This document shows, in pieces, positions 63,972-64,000 of a DNA stretch of 64,000 bases (position 1 is the stretch's first letter; each line of letters begins with the position of its first letter). Below the pieces are notes generated by a model, which saw only the letters and a list, made by a program, of their open reading frames with translations, ran no database searches and had not been told where the DNA came from. The DNA comes from Pristiophorus japonicus (taxonomy: Eukaryota). The position numbers were made by a program, and so were the translations under genes. The stretch covers positions 216,628,001-216,692,000 of the forward strand of contig NC_091985.1 of assembly GCF_044704955.1 (NCBI RefSeq), in the 5' to 3' direction.

Positions 63972-64000
63972 GTCCGCGACTCTGTGGAAAATCTCTCTGA

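Overview
This is eukaryotic vertebrate DNA, not prokaryotic. The repeat families and ZNF style point to a cartilaginous fish (shark); that assignment is inference. The window is a transposon-saturated stretch of a replication-dependent histone cluster. It holds two intact H2B, one intact H2A, one intact H1, an H3 running into a 143-N gap, four defective H4 copies, an H2A pseudogene and an H2B fragment, most with 3' stem-loops. Next to the cluster lies a C2H2 zinc-finger gene, probably driven by a CpG island at ~3.7 kb. Mobile content: many nested CR1 LINEs, L2 and RTE LINEs, a second L2/CR1-group LINE, a Harbinger-like MITE, two Tx1 (L1-clade) LINEs, two minisatellites, and a rearranged RT-deleted class I (epsilon-like) provirus with a tRNA-Leu PBS and 4-bp TSD. 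Most unusual signals: (1) a full-length Tx1 element flanked by a ~135-138 bp (near nucleosome-length) direct duplication and ending in hairpins rather than a poly(A) tail; (2) an unidentified ~340-bp open coding fragment apparently inserted inside the provirus's 2H-phosphoesterase-like domain; (3) a 5' LTR overwritten by a copy of the provirus's own 3' junction; (4) recurrent microhomology-bounded deletions that kill histone copies.
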